NCBI RefSeq assembly: GCF_000315625.1
Contig: NW_005434625.1
Location: forward strand, 26,924-77,876
Direction: 5' to 3'
DNA: 50,953 nt
Source of the DNA: Guillardia theta CCMP2712
Lineage: Eukaryota > Protista > Cryptophyta
In this document: positions 49,101-50,953 of the stretch, piece by piece
How the letters are laid out: each line of letters opens with the position of its first letter
Numbering within the stretch: the first letter of the stretch is position 1
The notes under the pieces: model-generated
What the model was told of the DNA's origin: nothing
Databases searched by the model: none
The model's input: only the letters and a program-made list of their open reading frames with translations
Made by a program: the position numbers and the translations under genes

Positions 49101-49912
49101 GCGGGGAGGAGATACTAAGAGCAAAACGCGATGACGGGTGGACGTGTGCCCATTCAGCAAGTTTGAAGGGACATCTGGAGATTTTGCAATATCTCAAGGA
49201 GACATGCGGAGAGGTGGTGCTCAGAGAATCGAGGAGCGATGGTATCACCTGTTCACATTGGGCATGCCAGGCTGGACGATTGCAAGTTGTCATGTACTTG
49301 AAGGAGACATGCGGGGAGGACATTCTCAGACAGAAGGCAAACAATGGCTGGACATGCGCGCATGCGGCAGGCCTCAGAGGGCACTTGGAGGTGCTCAAGT
49401 ACCTTAAGGAGACATGCGGGGAGGAGATACTAAGAGAGAAGAAGGCAGACGGAGGGACATGCGTTCACGAGGCCAGCGCTTGTGGGCACTTGGAGGTGCT
49501 CAAGTACCTTGAGGAGACATGCGGGGAGGAGATGCTAAGAGAGAAGAAGAACGACGGGGATACATGTGCACACGCTGCAAGCGAGGAAGGGCACTTGGAG
49601 GTGCTCAAGTACCTGAAAGATTCTTGCGGGGAGGAGATACTCAAGCAGAAGAGGGACGACGGCGCGACATGCGCACATGCTGCGAGCGAGGAAGGGCAGT
49701 TGGAGGTGCTCAAGTACCTTAAGGCGACATGCGGGGAGGAGCTACTCATGGAGAAGAAGAACGACGGGGGAACATGTGCGCTTGTGGCAGAGCTCAAAGG
49801 GCACTTGCAGGTGATCAAGTACCTTGACGAGACATGCGGGGAGGACATGGCAGGTCTCAGTAAACCTTGTGAGCCAGGTGCGTCCAGGGGTTCCCGAGTA
49901 ACTAATCACTGA
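46151..49912 (+). CDS. R-S-E mono-ADP-ribosyltransferase + long ankyrin array (ART2); intron 47148-47207
   Basis: Splicing gives LQLYTGPMY. VWRGL, LLSTTS, QYPGEEEILYPP. About 15-16 ankyrin repeats. Candidate ATG 46151 (MSCLCF). Confidence 0.88.
48503..49867 (+). repeat. 13 tandem 105-bp (35-aa) ankyrin-coding repeats
   Basis: Consensus DGxTCAHxAxxxGHLEVLKYLKETCGEExLREKxx; GCACTTGGAGGTGCTCAAGTACC recurs at multiples of 105 bp. Confidence 0.95.
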
Positions 49913-50052
49913 CATTTCACTGATAGTTCAGTCTAAGACTCCTGCCATTTCAGACCAGAATGGTTCTCCTCCTACTGAGTAAATGCCCCAACCAACCGCT
50001 TCTCTGTTCAGAGCCCAACCATCAGATTTTCGACCCCGACCGAGTCACAAGA

Positions 50053-50694
50053 CCTCCCACAAGCTTTTCAAAGAGATCGCCGTCCACTTGCCATGCTCTC
50101 TACAAGCTTCCTCGCAAAGATCCCTGACCGATAGCCTCCCTCTCCTACCCCGTCACAGAGCACAGTCAAGCTGTCTTTGATCTCGAAGGCGTCATCATAC
50201 GGCAGCCAACCGTGATAGCGAGGGTCCATGTGCTTGCCTGGCTTGCCCTTGAGGCCCACGTACGCCTCGCTGAAGATGCAGCTTCCAGCCTCAAGGCTCT
50301 TGCGCAGCTCGTCAATCTGCTCCTTGGCTTTGCTTTGGGTCGTTTCTATCGCGCCGGCCATGTCCTGTACCTCTCCAAGGCCGTCTTGTAGCGCCTGTGC
50401 GTGTAGTTGCGACTGAGCGGCTTGCTTGTGGAGGGCGGACTGGGCGGTGCGCCGACACTTGAGCAGCAGCTCATGATACCTGACCGACTCGATCTCGTAT
50501 TGCTTTGTCCGCTTCGTTTGGTCTTCAAGCCTCTGCTCGAGTTGAAGGATCTCTAGCTTGAGCTCTTCCTTGCCGAGCTCCTCGTCCTCACCGTCGGAGA
50601 TGATGATGGCATCGCTCGCTTGATCCCCGGGCAGAGCGCCTGCGAGGCTGTCCTGATGGCTACCCGTCCTGCTTCGTTTCCTGCTTGGCAGCAT
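50053..50694 (-). pseudogene. Array copy H: diverged, lacks 303 bp in frame, truncated within the phosphatase domain
   Basis: SLEA|GSCIF junction lacks 101 codons; homology is lost after ~50053; the upstream flank continues to the window end. Confidence 0.75.
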
Positions 50695-50953
50695 TCCAGT
50701 CTGATGAGAGCGGGTGGGAAAGTGCAAGGCGATTTCGTAGGGATGGACCGGGAAGTGGGGGATGGGAGAGGAAGGGGGTGGGGTGGTGACCGTGCTGGAC
50801 AAACGCGTGGTGCTGAGAGGGAGAAAGACGGGTGACCGCAGGTGAGTAGATCCGGAGAGGGTGGGGGTGGTATATGCTGTGAGAGTCTCTAGGCAGTAGG
50901 AGAGGCTAGTGGGGGGTAGGAGGAGTGGTAGGAAGGCTAGGACCCAGGCTTTC

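Noticed and set aside
48503-49867. CRISPR array or diversity-generating retroelement
   Set aside because: Repeats are in-frame ankyrin codons with no unique spacers, cas genes, reverse transcriptase or template repeat in the window.

Overview
GC-rich, intron-dense eukaryotic nuclear DNA. Most introns are 45-110 bp GT-AG, microsatellites are frequent and there are four N-gaps. The style suggests a cryptophyte alga such as Guillardia theta (inference). Genes: a MORN+PA protein fragment; an AQ-repeat protein; a fucosyltransferase-like/GT25-like double glycosyltransferase; two paralogous R-S-E ADP-ribosyltransferase (ART)-ankyrin genes (one with EF-hands, one with 13 x 105-bp repeats varying at binding-face positions); an Aha1-N co-chaperone; a canonical myristoylated PP2C; and eight copies of a ~2.58-kb unit encoding a coiled-coil + PTC7/PP2C-like phosphatase. 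Three of those copies lie inside what reads as one intron of another gene. There is also a Harbinger-like MITE. The top candidate for an undescribed system is the intronless ORF 16200-18245: HSF-like DNA-binding domain, phage tail-type peptidase-G2-like intramolecular chaperone domain, coiled coil, TM helix and Cys-rich tail. This looks like a convergent MYRF-like membrane-tethered transcription factor. All domain calls come from motif recognition by eye; no searches were run.
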